Positions 19,440 through 29,449 of a stretch of DNA of 61,617 nt are shown piece after piece; positions within the stretch are counted from its first letter, which is position 1, and the number at the start of each line of letters is the position of its first letter. Where the stretch lies: positions 1 through 61,617 of the forward strand of contig JABIYR010000072.1 of assembly GCA_018702695.1 (NCBI GenBank). Reading direction: 5' to 3'. The translations under genes and the position numbers were made by a program. The notes beneath the pieces are model-generated. The model was not told the DNA's origin and made no database searches. It saw only the letters and a program-made list of their open reading frames with translations. Origin of the DNA: Nitrospina sp. (GTDB taxonomy: Bacteria; Nitrospinota; Nitrospinia; Nitrospinales; VA-1).

Positions 19440-20213
19440 ATGAAAAATAATAGCACCATTATGCAGAGCCAACGCGGTTTCACTGTGATTGAATTGATGA
19501 TTTCATCGCTTCTTGGGGTCATTGTTTTGGGCGTAGCGATTTATGTATTCACCAAACAGGAGGATGCCTTAAAAACGGAGAATGCGTCCACAAATATACG
19601 GGCCAAAGGTCGTCATGCGATTAAGGTTCTCACTCAAGAGTTGAAGGAGGTAGGGTTTGGTTTGCCACCCAGTCAAGGGTTCGTGGCTCCAGACCCCGTT
19701 GCAAATTCGTCAACCCTCACTTACCGTGCTAATTTGAGTGCTGTGCGTGCTACCACCCCCCCGAGTGCGGCGAATGGAGGAAGTGCGGGTGCGACTGCAA
19801 TCACCGTTGTGGATAGCGGAACGACATTCAGTGATGGCGATAAAATTGTTATCTATCATCCCAGTTTTGAAGATTCAGAACTGAATACGGTGGATGGAAC
19901 GCCGTCTTCCACCAGCATTCCTTTGGGCAGTGCCTTGGCAAACACCTATTCATACGGGACGAACTCAAATTTTGTTACCATCAATAAATATAATGAAATT
20001 GTGATCGATTTAAGTGGAGGTAATATCAGAAAAACCGTTGATGGCGGAACCTCCACGCCTCTTATCAGTGACGTGTCAAGCTTAGCCTTTGATTTTTTTG
20101 GGGAGACAGAAACCTCTCAAGTCAAAGCAATAGGAATTGAAATCACTCTACAAGACTCGACTGATACCAGTATCACGGAGAGTTTCAGCACCGGAGTTAC
20201 TTTAAGGAATTAA
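19440..20213 (+). CDS. Minor pilin, PilW-like (cassette 2)
   Basis: G|FTVIE site; paralogous to 16186..16989 (KGR.A.K, GFG.PP, IN.YN, KTVDG, VTLRN). Confidence 0.85.
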   Translation: MKNNSTIMQSQRGFTVIELMISSLLGVIVLGVAIYVFTKQEDALKTENASTNIRAKGRHAIKVLTQELKEVGFGLPPSQGFVAPDPVANSSTLTYRANLSAVRATTPPSAANGGSAGATAITVVDSGTTFSDGDKIVIYHPSFEDSELNTVDGTPSSTSIPLGSALANTYSYGTNSNFVTINKYNEIVIDLSGGNIRKTVDGGTSTPLISDVSSLAFDFFGETETSQVKAIGIEITLQDSTDTSITESFSTGVTLRN

Positions 20214-20217
20214 GAAT

Positions 20218-21540
20218 ATGCCAAGAGACTATGGTTGTCAAAATAGGGATGACCGACAAACCGGTCATCTTTCCAATCAAAATGGCATCGCCTTAGTTAC
20301 CGGTTTGGTGCTCATGCTCATTCTAACTCTATTGAGTTATACCGCTATCAAATGGGCCGCATCAGATATTGCCCGCAGTGCTAATTACGCTGAAACCTTA
20401 CAGGCAACCTATATTGCTGAAGCGGGAATTCATAAGGCCATCGATTATTTAAATTATGATGCCAGTGGTGATAGCCCCGGCGAAGTGAGCAATGGTTTTG
20501 ATGACGAACTAGATGGAACTAATTGGCCTGCTGGAACATTCACAAGTATCGGAATTGGCAGTGACGGAGGAACCTATTCGATTGTCATTGAAGATAACAC
20601 CGATGGCGATGGATCGACCGTTTTAGATGTCGATAATAGCGTTGTCCTCAAATCCACCGGGACGATAGCCGGTCTTTCAGTCATCATCGAAACAGTGATT
20701 TATCGGCCTTTATTTAAATCTCAGTATGCCATTCTGTCTGAAGGTGATGTGGGTGTGAACGGCAATTCCACCTCGATCACCGGCACGAATGGAGCGGTGC
20801 ACACGAACAGCGATTTTACTCAAGCAGGAACACCGACAATTAATGGAGGCGCGAATGCCTCGGGAACCTGTACCGGCGCTGAATGTAATTCTGCCGGGGG
20901 AGTTTCGGAAGAATTTGTTCCGGTGCTGGAGCCGTCAGACTATGAGCAGAATGCAGACTATATTTTTAATGACGATGGAACCATTGACCAAAAAAATGCG
21001 GACGGAACGACTACGACGGGTGTAGAAGGCAACGCGCTCTTTTCTGGGTTTTCCCATAACAATCAGGGCTGGAGGGTGTCAAATAGCGCGGTGGCCGGTA
21101 CAGACATTCCCAATCAGGCGTTTCTTTATTTTAAAGATGACCTAACGGCAACGTCTATTGGCAGTGCGGCGACTCCGTGGGAAATTACGTTGGTTGTTGA
21201 GAAAACAATTTCTTTTGGTAATGCAGACGTTATCAACTGGAAGGACCCGGACATCTCTCCCGATTTGCAAAATCTGTTTTTAGTCGCAGAAAATGACATT
21301 AAGATCACTGGCATGAATCAAAACACTCAGGGTCTGATCGCGGCCAAGGATCAGATAAGCCTCAGCGGAGGGGCCAGTATAGAAGGGTATCTTATTTCCA
21401 ATAACTTGACCACTTCAGATAATACCGTCAATGGAACCGATACCATTGTTGGTGGTGGTATAACGCTTACCTATAATGGGGATCTGGTCGCTCCCGTTTT
21501 GAGCGACAAGGTATCCATCCTTACCTGGCAGAAAACCTGA
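20218..21540 (+). CDS. PilX-like pilin with C-terminal probable beta-solenoid domain (cassette 2)
   Basis: G|IALVTG, ATYIAEAGI, C-terminal ILTWQK; paralogous to 16986..18584 but without the repeat. Confidence 0.82.
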   Translation: MPRDYGCQNRDDRQTGHLSNQNGIALVTGLVLMLILTLLSYTAIKWAASDIARSANYAETLQATYIAEAGIHKAIDYLNYDASGDSPGEVSNGFDDELDGTNWPAGTFTSIGIGSDGGTYSIVIEDNTDGDGSTVLDVDNSVVLKSTGTIAGLSVIIETVIYRPLFKSQYAILSEGDVGVNGNSTSITGTNGAVHTNSDFTQAGTPTINGGANASGTCTGAECNSAGGVSEEFVPVLEPSDYEQNADYIFNDDGTIDQKNADGTTTTGVEGNALFSGFSHNNQGWRVSNSAVAGTDIPNQAFLYFKDDLTATSIGSAATPWEITLVVEKTISFGNADVINWKDPDISPDLQNLFLVAENDIKITGMNQNTQGLIAAKDQISLSGGASIEGYLISNNLTTSDNTVNGTDTIVGGGITLTYNGDLVAPVLSDKVSILTWQKT

Positions 21541-21659
21541 AAAACTATAAACCCTGTTTCCTTGCCTTGCAATCCCAATAGATAGGACTAGATTGATAGA
21601 TGCGGGAGATGGAACCTCTTTGCGTGTGCCAGTTTCTATAACCTCTATAGGATACAGTC

Positions 21660-23147
21660 ATGGCCATCAAGACCTATAAAAACTATATAGACGGAAAATG
21701 GGTGGTTTCATCTAGCGGTGAGACCTTCGATAATATCAACCCCGCCAACAAAAAAGAAATTCTCGGACGTTTCCAAAAATCAAACGCTCAAGACCTGAAT
21801 AAGGCGGTGAAGTCAGCGGTCAAGGCTCAGGAGGCGTGGCGAAATATGCCCGCACCCAAACGGGGCGAAATTCTTTTTCGCGTCGGTGAGTTGCTGACCA
21901 AACATAAAGAGTCTTTGGCGCAAGACATGACCCGCGAAATGGGAAAGATTCTCAACGAAACGCGCGGCGATGTGCAAGAGGCGATTGACCTAACCTACTA
22001 TACAGCGGGAGAAGGTCGGCGACTGTTGGGTGAGACGATGCCTTCTGAGTTGAATGATAAATTTTGCATGACCGTGCGCATGCCAGTAGGGGTTGTGGCG
22101 GCAATCACACCTTGGAATTTCCCAATTGCCATCCCGTCTTGGAAGTTGGTTCCGGCTCTCGTCTGTGGAAATACAGTGGTGTTCAAGCCGGCCAGCGACA
22201 CCCCTCTTTCAGCCTATCGGTTTGTAAAGCTCTTTGAAGAAGCCGGTCTGCCACCGGGAGTGCTGAACTTTGTCACAGGGTTGGGGGCGGAGGTTGGCGA
22301 ACCCTTGACGGAACATCATAATGTCAACTTGGTCTCGTTTACCGGATCGACCGATACAGGGGCGCGGGTGGCGCAAAAATGCGCTTGGAACATGAAGCAA
22401 TATTCCCTCGAAATGGGTGGCAAAAATGCCATCATTGTGATGGAGGATGCCGATCTTGACCTAGCTGTCGAGGGCGTGATATGGGGAGCCTTCGGAACTA
22501 CAGGGCAAAGGTGTACGGCTTGCAGTCGTGTCATTGTGCATAAAAAAGTTATTAAAAAATTTACCAGTATGTTGTTAAAACGCACAAAAACCCTGCGACT
22601 GGGTGATGGGTTGAAGAAAAATACCGATGTCGGGCCATTGATCAACGAAACTCAACGACAGAAAGTGCTCAATTACTGCAAGATCGGCATCGAGGAAGGG
22701 GCCAAAATTCTCATCGGTGGCAATGCCTATAAAAAGGGAAAATGCCGAGATGGATTTTTCTTCGAGCCAACATTATTTGCCGAGGTGTCTCCAAAAATGC
22801 GAATCGCGCAGGAAGAAATATTCGGCCCCGTGTTGAGCATTTTGGAATGTAAAAGTCTGGATAATGCAGTGGCGATTGTTAACGATTCGAGATTTGGTCT
22901 GTCTTCAGCTATTTATACCCGAGATGTGAACCGGGCTTTCAAGGCGATTGAAAAACTGGATACCGGGATCACTTATATCAATGCCTCAACCATTGGAGCC
23001 GAAGTGCAAATGCCTTTTGGTGGCACTAAAGGGACGGGCAATGGTCATCGAGAAGCGGGGACCACGGCGCTGGAAATTTTTACCGAATGGAAATCGGTAT
23101 TCGTCGATTACAGCGGGGCTTTGCAAAAAGCTCAAATTGAAGATTAG
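21660..23147 (+). CDS. NAD(P)-dependent aldehyde dehydrogenase
   Basis: [31 protein letters not shown]. Confidence 0.93.
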   Translation: MAIKTYKNYIDGKWVVSSSGETFDNINPANKKEILGRFQKSNAQDLNKAVKSAVKAQEAWRNMPAPKRGEILFRVGELLTKHKESLAQDMTREMGKILNETRGDVQEAIDLTYYTAGEGRRLLGETMPSELNDKFCMTVRMPVGVVAAITPWNFPIAIPSWKLVPALVCGNTVVFKPASDTPLSAYRFVKLFEEAGLPPGVLNFVTGLGAEVGEPLTEHHNVNLVSFTGSTDTGARVAQKCAWNMKQYSLEMGGKNAIIVMEDADLDLAVEGVIWGAFGTTGQRCTACSRVIVHKKVIKKFTSMLLKRTKTLRLGDGLKKNTDVGPLINETQRQKVLNYCKIGIEEGAKILIGGNAYKKGKCRDGFFFEPTLFAEVSPKMRIAQEEIFGPVLSILECKSLDNAVAIVNDSRFGLSSAIYTRDVNRAFKAIEKLDTGITYINASTIGAEVQMPFGGTKGTGNGHREAGTTALEIFTEWKSVFVDYSGALQKAQIED

Positions 23148-23292
23148 AGAATCGAGAGAAAAAGAATCTAAATTTTTTTAACGGGTTCGGCTATGGCCTG
23201 TTTCTATGCTAGAATTCCCTTCACCCGCCGCACCCTATTTGGGTCGCAACGGCATACAGCTTTCTTTTTAATCCTTTAGACATAAATATTCT

Positions 23293-24204
23293 TTGTCACC
23301 GATAGATGTTATCAATCCCGACCTGAAAAATGCAGACTCATTGTCTGTGGATTCCTCTATCGACTCTGTGGGTGAAAAGACTCTTCAGTCTTTAGGGTCG
23401 ATATCCGGAGGGTTAAAATTTTCTATATTGTCGAGTGGCAGTGCTGGCAACTCGGTTTATATCGAAGCAGGTGGAAAACGCATATTAATAGATGCCGGGT
23501 TGAGTGAAAAAAAACTCGCTCAGCGTATGTCGTTAATAGGTCGATCTTTGAATGGGTTGGATGCGGTGTTTGCCACGCATGAGCATTCGGATCATATTCG
23601 CGGTATGGGGCCATTAATAAGAAAACACGGGGCACAGCTTTATACGACAGAAGGAACTTATAAGCAGGCGTGCCCTACCTTGGGGAAGCTCCCGGGCTTT
23701 AACCCGATTCGCGCAGGACAGCCGGTTGAATTTGGTGAGTTGATTGTAGAACCTTATACCACCCCTCATGATGCGGAAGAGTCGGTGGCTTTTGTCATTC
23801 ACTATCAAGGGTTGCGTTTGGGCATTGCAACCGATCTCGGAATCGTCACACCAGAAGTCATTCATAAACTGCAAAAGATGGATGCCCTGCTTGTCGAGTC
23901 GAATCATGATGTGGAAATGCTGGATGCAGGTCCCTACCCCTGGGTTACAAAAAGAAGAATTAAAAGTGATGTCGGGCATCTTTCGAACGAAGCCTGCGGA
24001 GAAATATTGGCATCGGTCAAACATTCTGGGTTGCGTCTCGTTGTTTTGATGCATATGAGCGAAACTAACAATCACCCCGACTTGGCGCGGTTGGTGGCGC
24101 AACAGGCACTTGGGCAAGACGCGCCTAATATGATCATTGCTGAACAGCACCACCCGACTCGATTGATGACCTTGAGTCACGAAGGGGTTTCTGCAAGGGC
24201 ATGA
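23293..24204 (+). CDS. MBL-fold metallo-hydrolase (YycJ/WalJ-like)
   Basis: SGSAGN, THEHSDH, HDA, ESNHD, GHLSN. Start uncertain. Confidence 0.87.
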   Translation: MSPIDVINPDLKNADSLSVDSSIDSVGEKTLQSLGSISGGLKFSILSSGSAGNSVYIEAGGKRILIDAGLSEKKLAQRMSLIGRSLNGLDAVFATHEHSDHIRGMGPLIRKHGAQLYTTEGTYKQACPTLGKLPGFNPIRAGQPVEFGELIVEPYTTPHDAEESVAFVIHYQGLRLGIATDLGIVTPEVIHKLQKMDALLVESNHDVEMLDAGPYPWVTKRRIKSDVGHLSNEACGEILASVKHSGLRLVVLMHMSETNNHPDLARLVAQQALGQDAPNMIIAEQHHPTRLMTLSHEGVSARA

Positions 24205-24252
24205 AGACAAATATAAAATGGCCTCAGTGGTGTGCATCGGGCAGAGAAATTT

Positions 24253-25578
24253 ATGAATGATATCAGTCGAGACAAAATAATTGGTAGTGGTTTTGGTATG
24301 GCGGTGGGTGATGCCATGGGCCGTTCTGCAAAAGGGTTAAAGCCTGCCGCCATTGGTCAGATTTTTGGAGTCATGGATGGCTACAAGGATGTGCGTGCGA
24401 TTTTAGGAAAAGGAATCAAAAATTATCGCATGCAAGGTTTATATGGAGCGCCGACGCAATGTGCTCTGTCGGTCGCAGATGCATTGCTCCACAACAAAAA
24501 ACAATTTTTGCATGAGTCGGAAAAAAACTTTAAGGCGTTGGCGAAGGCAGGGCCTGAAGGTTATTTTGGGGCTTACCGCAACCATTCATCTTGTTTGTGG
24601 CGAGCGGTTGATTTGCTCGATCACTTAGATGAAGAGCGGGTCTCGGAGCAAAACTCTTGCAACGCTTTATTTACTCTCTTGGCAGTGCCGCTGGCTTTGT
24701 TCCAAGGTCGATGGTCAAAAACTCTGGCCCGGCAATGTTTTGAAGCCTGTTTGCAAATGAGCCAAAATCGGTTCGAAGTGGTGGGGACAGTTTTGACCGG
24801 GTTTTTAGTGACCCGGTTTCTGACTTTACAGCCTGAAGACATTGCCTCGACTTCTGGCGAAATTTTGCGGGAAGCAGAAGAAATATGTCGATTGGCTGAG
24901 GAGGAATATTTTCAAAGATTCCCCGACTCAACCGATGGCGGAACAGAGAGTGTTCATGCTTTGAGTGGAGCGATTAAAGGTTCGGCAGATAAGTCCTCTG
25001 ATGCCGAATTTTCAGAATGGCTGTGTGCCCATGCCAGTCGCTTTAGCCAAATGGAAATTCGTCACCCTTCGCAAGGTTTTGTCATGACTTTATTACCGCT
25101 GGCTTTACGTTGTGTGCTCATGCCTCCTGAACCCGGTTTTGCCTCCACTCTCAGTCACTCCTTAAGTCATGGCAGAGAAACAGAAATATTAGGGGCTTTG
25201 GTTGGGGCTTGGGCTGGGGCGTTGTATGGTTTCGAATCCATTCCCAGTGCATGGAAAAGTGGGTTGGTCAATGCTAAGGAGATTCGCTTGCGGGCTGAGG
25301 CTTTATCGGCTCGGCGTTCGAAAAAAGAGCTCAAAAACTTGTTCGATATGGAAGCGGCAATGACTGCCAAGGAGTTTGAGGAAGGCAAGCGTTGTATTAC
25401 CAAGGAAATGAAAAAGTCTTCCGCTCGGGTTCAAATGCAGTCTGCGGATCTTTGGGACGAAGAAGAGTCTTACGCTCCATCGAAAGAAGACCGAGCAGAA
25501 TGGAGAAAATTTCATAAAGAGAAAACAAAATTGAAACGAGATCGTCGAAAAAACATTCCTGTTATTGAAGGTATTTAA
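24253..25578 (+). CDS. ADP-ribosylglycohydrolase-fold protein with degenerate metal motifs
   Basis: GMAVGDAMG and GAWAGALYGFESIP.AW family signatures. Confidence 0.75.
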   Translation: MNDISRDKIIGSGFGMAVGDAMGRSAKGLKPAAIGQIFGVMDGYKDVRAILGKGIKNYRMQGLYGAPTQCALSVADALLHNKKQFLHESEKNFKALAKAGPEGYFGAYRNHSSCLWRAVDLLDHLDEERVSEQNSCNALFTLLAVPLALFQGRWSKTLARQCFEACLQMSQNRFEVVGTVLTGFLVTRFLTLQPEDIASTSGEILREAEEICRLAEEEYFQRFPDSTDGGTESVHALSGAIKGSADKSSDAEFSEWLCAHASRFSQMEIRHPSQGFVMTLLPLALRCVLMPPEPGFASTLSHSLSHGRETEILGALVGAWAGALYGFESIPSAWKSGLVNAKEIRLRAEALSARRSKKELKNLFDMEAAMTAKEFEEGKRCITKEMKKSSARVQMQSADLWDEEESYAPSKEDRAEWRKFHKEKTKLKRDRRKNIPVIEGI

Positions 25579-25749
25579 AAAATATTATCGCACAACCCCC
25601 GATAAAACAAACCGACAGCTCACCTGAACGCATCAATGGTTTCTAACTTGTTGAAAATAATAGTTTAACTTTTAGTGTTAGAGGTTATAATGTCAGCATT
25701 CAATGGTAAAATGATGAAAGAAATCGTTTTGTTTTGAAAGGAAATTGGG

Positions 25750-26364
25750 GTGAATACTATGAAGCATGCACTTTTATTTATTTTTTGTCTGATGCAACCT
25801 ATCGGGGCATGGGCTGACGCGCCGGAAGAAAAGCAAGTCGCCGAACCTGAGATGGGGATGCCAGCGGAGATAATTAAAAAGGAAGTAACCAAAATTTCTG
25901 GTTCAAAAGATACGGTGGAAATTCCTGCCGAAGATGAAGCGCCCGAGGGCTTGGTCATAGGAAAAAACCTCAAAGTAGGAATGCTTCTGAGTGAGGCTAT
26001 TAAATTGCTCGGCATCCCCGCAAGCTTCGACGTCAAACGTGGAAAAGAATCGCAACTTGATAGCATTTCTATCGATTACCCAAGTCAGGGAATCGTTCTG
26101 CATTCTCTGAATGGCAAAAAGAAAGTGGAAGCTTTGGAAGTTTTGTCGGAGTTCAAGGGGAGATTTGCCGAAGGGATTAAAATGGGAGAAAATTTCTCTG
26201 TGCTCATTGATAGATACGGTATGCCCCAATCGATGAACGCCAGTCTGGCGAAATACCCTGAAAAAGGGATGTATTTTTCACTCAAAGATAATATGCTGGT
26301 CGGGGTACATATTTTTGCCAAGAACAGCAAGATCCTCAGCCATCAACTCTACAAAAGTCACTAG
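25750..26364 (+). CDS. Exported hypothetical protein
   Basis: Signal peptide ending AWA; two similar halves (KVGM / KMGE). Confidence 0.7.
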   Translation: MNTMKHALLFIFCLMQPIGAWADAPEEKQVAEPEMGMPAEIIKKEVTKISGSKDTVEIPAEDEAPEGLVIGKNLKVGMLLSEAIKLLGIPASFDVKRGKESQLDSISIDYPSQGIVLHSLNGKKKVEALEVLSEFKGRFAEGIKMGENFSVLIDRYGMPQSMNASLAKYPEKGMYFSLKDNMLVGVHIFAKNSKILSHQLYKSH

Positions 26365-26463
26365 CTGACTTACCACCCTCTTTTTAATTGCGGCGACCGC
26401 CGAAAATAAAACCCTGAATCAATAACGTTATCCGTGAGCCTTTGGTGGGAGAGATCTACCTTG

Positions 26464-27669
26464 TTAGAGCGCGAGGGCAAAAATCGCCGCACGCGCCAAT
26501 TCAAATTGAGAAGTATCGGAGCTGTCTTTTGGGTGACTGGCTTTTTCCAACAAGAGAGCGTGAAGCAGAGGTTGTTCCGGTGGTGTGTTTTCTAGAAGTT
26601 GTCGGGCTTTGTCTGCCAGTCCATGTTCGAGGTAGAGCGTGGAGAGCAATAGCGCGAGCAGGGGCCGCTGTTCTGTTTTTTCTAAAGACTGTTCATAGGT
26701 GAGCAATAGCTCTTGATAGTTTTCAGATTCCCTGAGAGCTACTTGTGACCGAACTAGGCAAGACAGATGGCTTGTTTTTTGAAACCCGGTTTGCCAAGTT
26801 TTCAAAGCCCGTTTTTGTTTTCCAGATTCCTGATAGGCATCGCCCAGTGCTAAGTAGGCAGGCAGACATGTTTCGCTGGTGCGTAGTGCTTGTTTGAATT
26901 CGGAAATGGCAGAATCCTGACTTTTTTCTGTTAAATATTTTTTGCCGAGTTCGAAAAGAAATTGTCCTAGGTTACTCTGTTCTTTTTTCCACTGTGCGTG
27001 GTTATCACGCAAAAGAGGCAAAACTCGCTTCTGCAAGGTGCAAACTTTTTTCCAGTCGTTTTGTTCTGCATAAATATTTCGCAGTCGCAATAAAAGGCCA
27101 GCGGTCTCAGGGTTCATGCGTTGTGCTTGTTGAAGAAGATTGATTTCTTCATCGTGGCGGTTGGTTCTGGCATAAGAGTCTGCCAAGTTATAAAGCACAT
27201 GCATGTTTTGTGGCTCCAGTGCGAGAGCTTGCTTATGATAAACTTCAGCCTGTTCGGGTTTATCGGTGGCATCCAGAATTTTGCCTGACAGAGAGAGTGC
27301 GCCAACATGTTCTGGGTTTGTCTCGAGAATCTTTTCGATAATGCTTTGAGCTTTATGAGTCGCTCCGCAAATAAAAAGATTCTCTGCCTTTTTAAAAACA
27401 GCTTCTACCCGGTGATTCTTCTTCAGGATGCGCTTATTTTTAAAACCAGTTTTCCAACGGCCCCAAGCATTTTTAAAATTAAAAGTCCAAAAAAGAAAAA
27501 CGGTGAGAACAACGCCCAAAAGGATCGACCCCAGCAAAAAAATTACGGTGGGTAATTTCAGCGTATGCTGCTGTGTGATATGAATGACAGAGTCGTGTGG
27601 GTTTAAAAACGCCGTGTAAATGGAGAGCAGTGCAAAAATCAGAAAGACAATGATTTGCTTCAGGGACAC
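26464..27669 (-). CDS. Membrane-anchored TPR protein (LapA/LapB-like)
   Basis: Two N-terminal TMs followed by multiple TPR repeats. Confidence 0.75.
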   Translation of the reverse strand: MSLKQIIVFLIFALLSIYTAFLNPHDSVIHITQQHTLKLPTVIFLLGSILLGVVLTVFLFWTFNFKNAWGRWKTGFKNKRILKKNHRVEAVFKKAENLFICGATHKAQSIIEKILETNPEHVGALSLSGKILDATDKPEQAEVYHKQALALEPQNMHVLYNLADSYARTNRHDEEINLLQQAQRMNPETAGLLLRLRNIYAEQNDWKKVCTLQKRVLPLLRDNHAQWKKEQSNLGQFLFELGKKYLTEKSQDSAISEFKQALRTSETCLPAYLALGDAYQESGKQKRALKTWQTGFQKTSHLSCLVRSQVALRESENYQELLLTYEQSLEKTEQRPLLALLLSTLYLEHGLADKARQLLENTPPEQPLLHALLLEKASHPKDSSDTSQFELARAAIFALAL

Positions 27670-27671
27670 GA

Positions 27672-28064
27672 CTAGTTCTCCTCGAAAGAATCTGGCTCGG
27701 TGACGCTGGTGGCTTTAGGGTTCTTTTCCATTTCTTCCAGGCATTGGGTACAGAATTCTGTGTAGGGAACTATTTTGAGACGGGCCTCGGGAATAGTCTC
27801 TTCACATTGTGCGCAAACACCATATTCTCCGTCGTCCATTTTTTTTATTGCCAGTTCAACCTGCTTCAACTTTTTCCACTCTTGTTCGCCAAGTTCTCCT
27901 TCTAGTTGGCGATTATAGGTGCGTGCGGCATCATCGCTGATATCGGCGATTTGTCCGGTTTCACTTTCTTTCATAAACTGGTTTGATTTTTCTACCTCTC
28001 CCAGCAATTCGGATCGCACCGATTCTAGCTGAGTACGAAATTGAGCTATTTTGTTTTTGTTCAT
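27672..28064 (-). CDS. DksA/TraR-family C4 zinc-finger protein
   Basis: DISDDA coiled-coil tip, YGVCAQC...ARL...CTQC. Confidence 0.9.
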   Translation of the reverse strand: MNKNKIAQFRTQLESVRSELLGEVEKSNQFMKESETGQIADISDDAARTYNRQLEGELGEQEWKKLKQVELAIKKMDDGEYGVCAQCEETIPEARLKIVPYTEFCTQCLEEMEKNPKATSVTEPDSFEEN

Positions 28065-28093
28065 TTAATTTTGTTTAAGGTAATAGGGTTTTT

Positions 28094-28447
28094 TTATTGG
28101 CCGACTGCCTTGATAACAGGAACATCACCCCATAGACGTTCAAGGTCGTAGTGAAGGCGGGCGTCTTTATGGAACACGTGCACGATTAAATCTCCGAGAT
28201 CTATCACCACCCAGACACCGCCTGAGTAACCCTCGATATCAAAAGCTTTGTTACGGGTTTTATGACATTTGTCCAAAATGGCATCGGTAATAGATTGAAC
28301 ATGAACCTTGGAGTTGCCGCTACAAATCATAAAATAATCGGTGAGGTCTGAGCGATTGCGAAGGTCCAAAATTAAAATATCAAAAGCCTTTTTTTCTGTA
28401 GCGGCATCAACAGCTAACTGTTGAAGATCGCTTAATTGATCATTCAT
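28094..28447 (-). CDS. rsfS: Ribosome silencing factor
   Basis: KKAFDI, DYFMICSG, WVVIDLGDLIVHVF, YDLERLW. Confidence 0.95.
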   Translation of the reverse strand: MNDQLSDLQQLAVDAATEKKAFDILILDLRNRSDLTDYFMICSGNSKVHVQSITDAILDKCHKTRNKAFDIEGYSGGVWVVIDLGDLIVHVFHKDARLHYDLERLWGDVPVIKAVGQ

Positions 28448-29140
28448 TTAAATCTCTATTGGAGGGGACTCAGTCCGGTATAATCGATTTTTCATAATAT
28501 AATGATCAACCGCAGGGGGCAACAAATTTTTAATTTCTTTTCCGGTTTGCACTTTGCCGCGGATTATTTTCGAAGAAATATCCTGAGGTGGAATTTGAAA
28601 TAAGCGGATGCTTTTACCGATTGCCGGGTTCAAAGTGATCCACTGCGAGGGGCTATTTATTTCGCGTTGATCTTTGTTTAGTGCAAGTGTCTGGCAAAGT
28701 TTATCGGGAACTTCTAAGTTTATACCCGGTCTTGTGCTAACCAGTAGATGGCAACATTTGAATATTTCTGCATAATTTTTCCAAGTATCTATCATTAAGA
28801 AGGCATCCGCACCCAAGATCAGATAAAGCTCCCAATCAGGGTGTTGGATTTTTAATTGGGATATCGTGTCGATGGTATAAGAAATGCCACTTCTATTAAT
28901 TTCTAGCAATTCAAGAGGGAAATTAGATTTGTCTTTCAAAGCGAGTCGAAGCATGGCTATTCGATGCATTGAAGCCGTGGGTGGGGATTGAATTTTGTGC
29001 GGGGATTGATTGGCAGGAATGAATAACACCTTGTCTAAGTCAAAGGCTTGAATTGCTTTTTCTGCAAGACCCAGATGTCCGTTATGAACGGGGTCAAAGG
29101 TTCCTCCCAGCAAGCCTATCTGTTTGGGTCGATTGTTCAT
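28448..29140 (-). CDS. nadD: Nicotinate-nucleotide adenylyltransferase
   Basis: GGTFDPVHNGH, SYTIDT, ILGAD, ISS. Confidence 0.95.
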   Translation of the reverse strand: MNNRPKQIGLLGGTFDPVHNGHLGLAEKAIQAFDLDKVLFIPANQSPHKIQSPPTASMHRIAMLRLALKDKSNFPLELLEINRSGISYTIDTISQLKIQHPDWELYLILGADAFLMIDTWKNYAEIFKCCHLLVSTRPGINLEVPDKLCQTLALNKDQREINSPSQWITLNPAIGKSIRLFQIPPQDISSKIIRGKVQTGKEIKNLLPPAVDHYIMKNRLYRTESPPIEI

Positions 29141-29222
29141 GTAACAAATCGTTCCACAAACCCCTACTTATCGCAAGAAAAATTAGATTATAAAAACAGC
29201 ATTGCCATTGAATGCAAGGGAG

Positions 29223-29266
29223 TGACAATTTTTGCGAACTAAACTGACGAAAATTGTCAGTTTAGT
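29223..29266. promoter_or_regulatory. Putative enhancer (bEBP/PilR-type) sites upstream of pilA
   Basis: Perfect 11-bp inverted repeat ACTAAACTGAC-N7-GTCAGTTTAGT (29238-29266) plus an imperfect TGAC-N7-GCGA copy 22 bp upstream, about 100-140 bp before the sigma-54 site. Confidence 0.55.
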
Positions 29267-29363
29267 GGTGGATATCCGTATTTAAATATCTTCCTGAGAA
29301 AGAAAATTCTATAACACATTATAAAAAAAGGGTTTATAGTAAATAATGCGAAAATCTATTAAG

Positions 29364-29380
29364 AAGGCATAAGTTTTGCA
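29364..29380 (+). promoter_or_regulatory. Putative sigma-54 promoter of pilA
   Basis: AAGGCATAAGTTTTGCA = GG-N10-GC. Confidence 0.65.
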
Positions 29381-29449
29381 TTTTAATCGACAAGTCAAAA
29401 TAGTAAATCCCAAGTTCATTTTTGTTAACTATAATTATAGGAGTGAGTA

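Noticed and set aside
23614-24237. Long antisense ORFs (this one and 34684-35268, 37076-37621, 12027-12506)
   Set aside because: Mirror frames of well-supported genes; no independent motifs.
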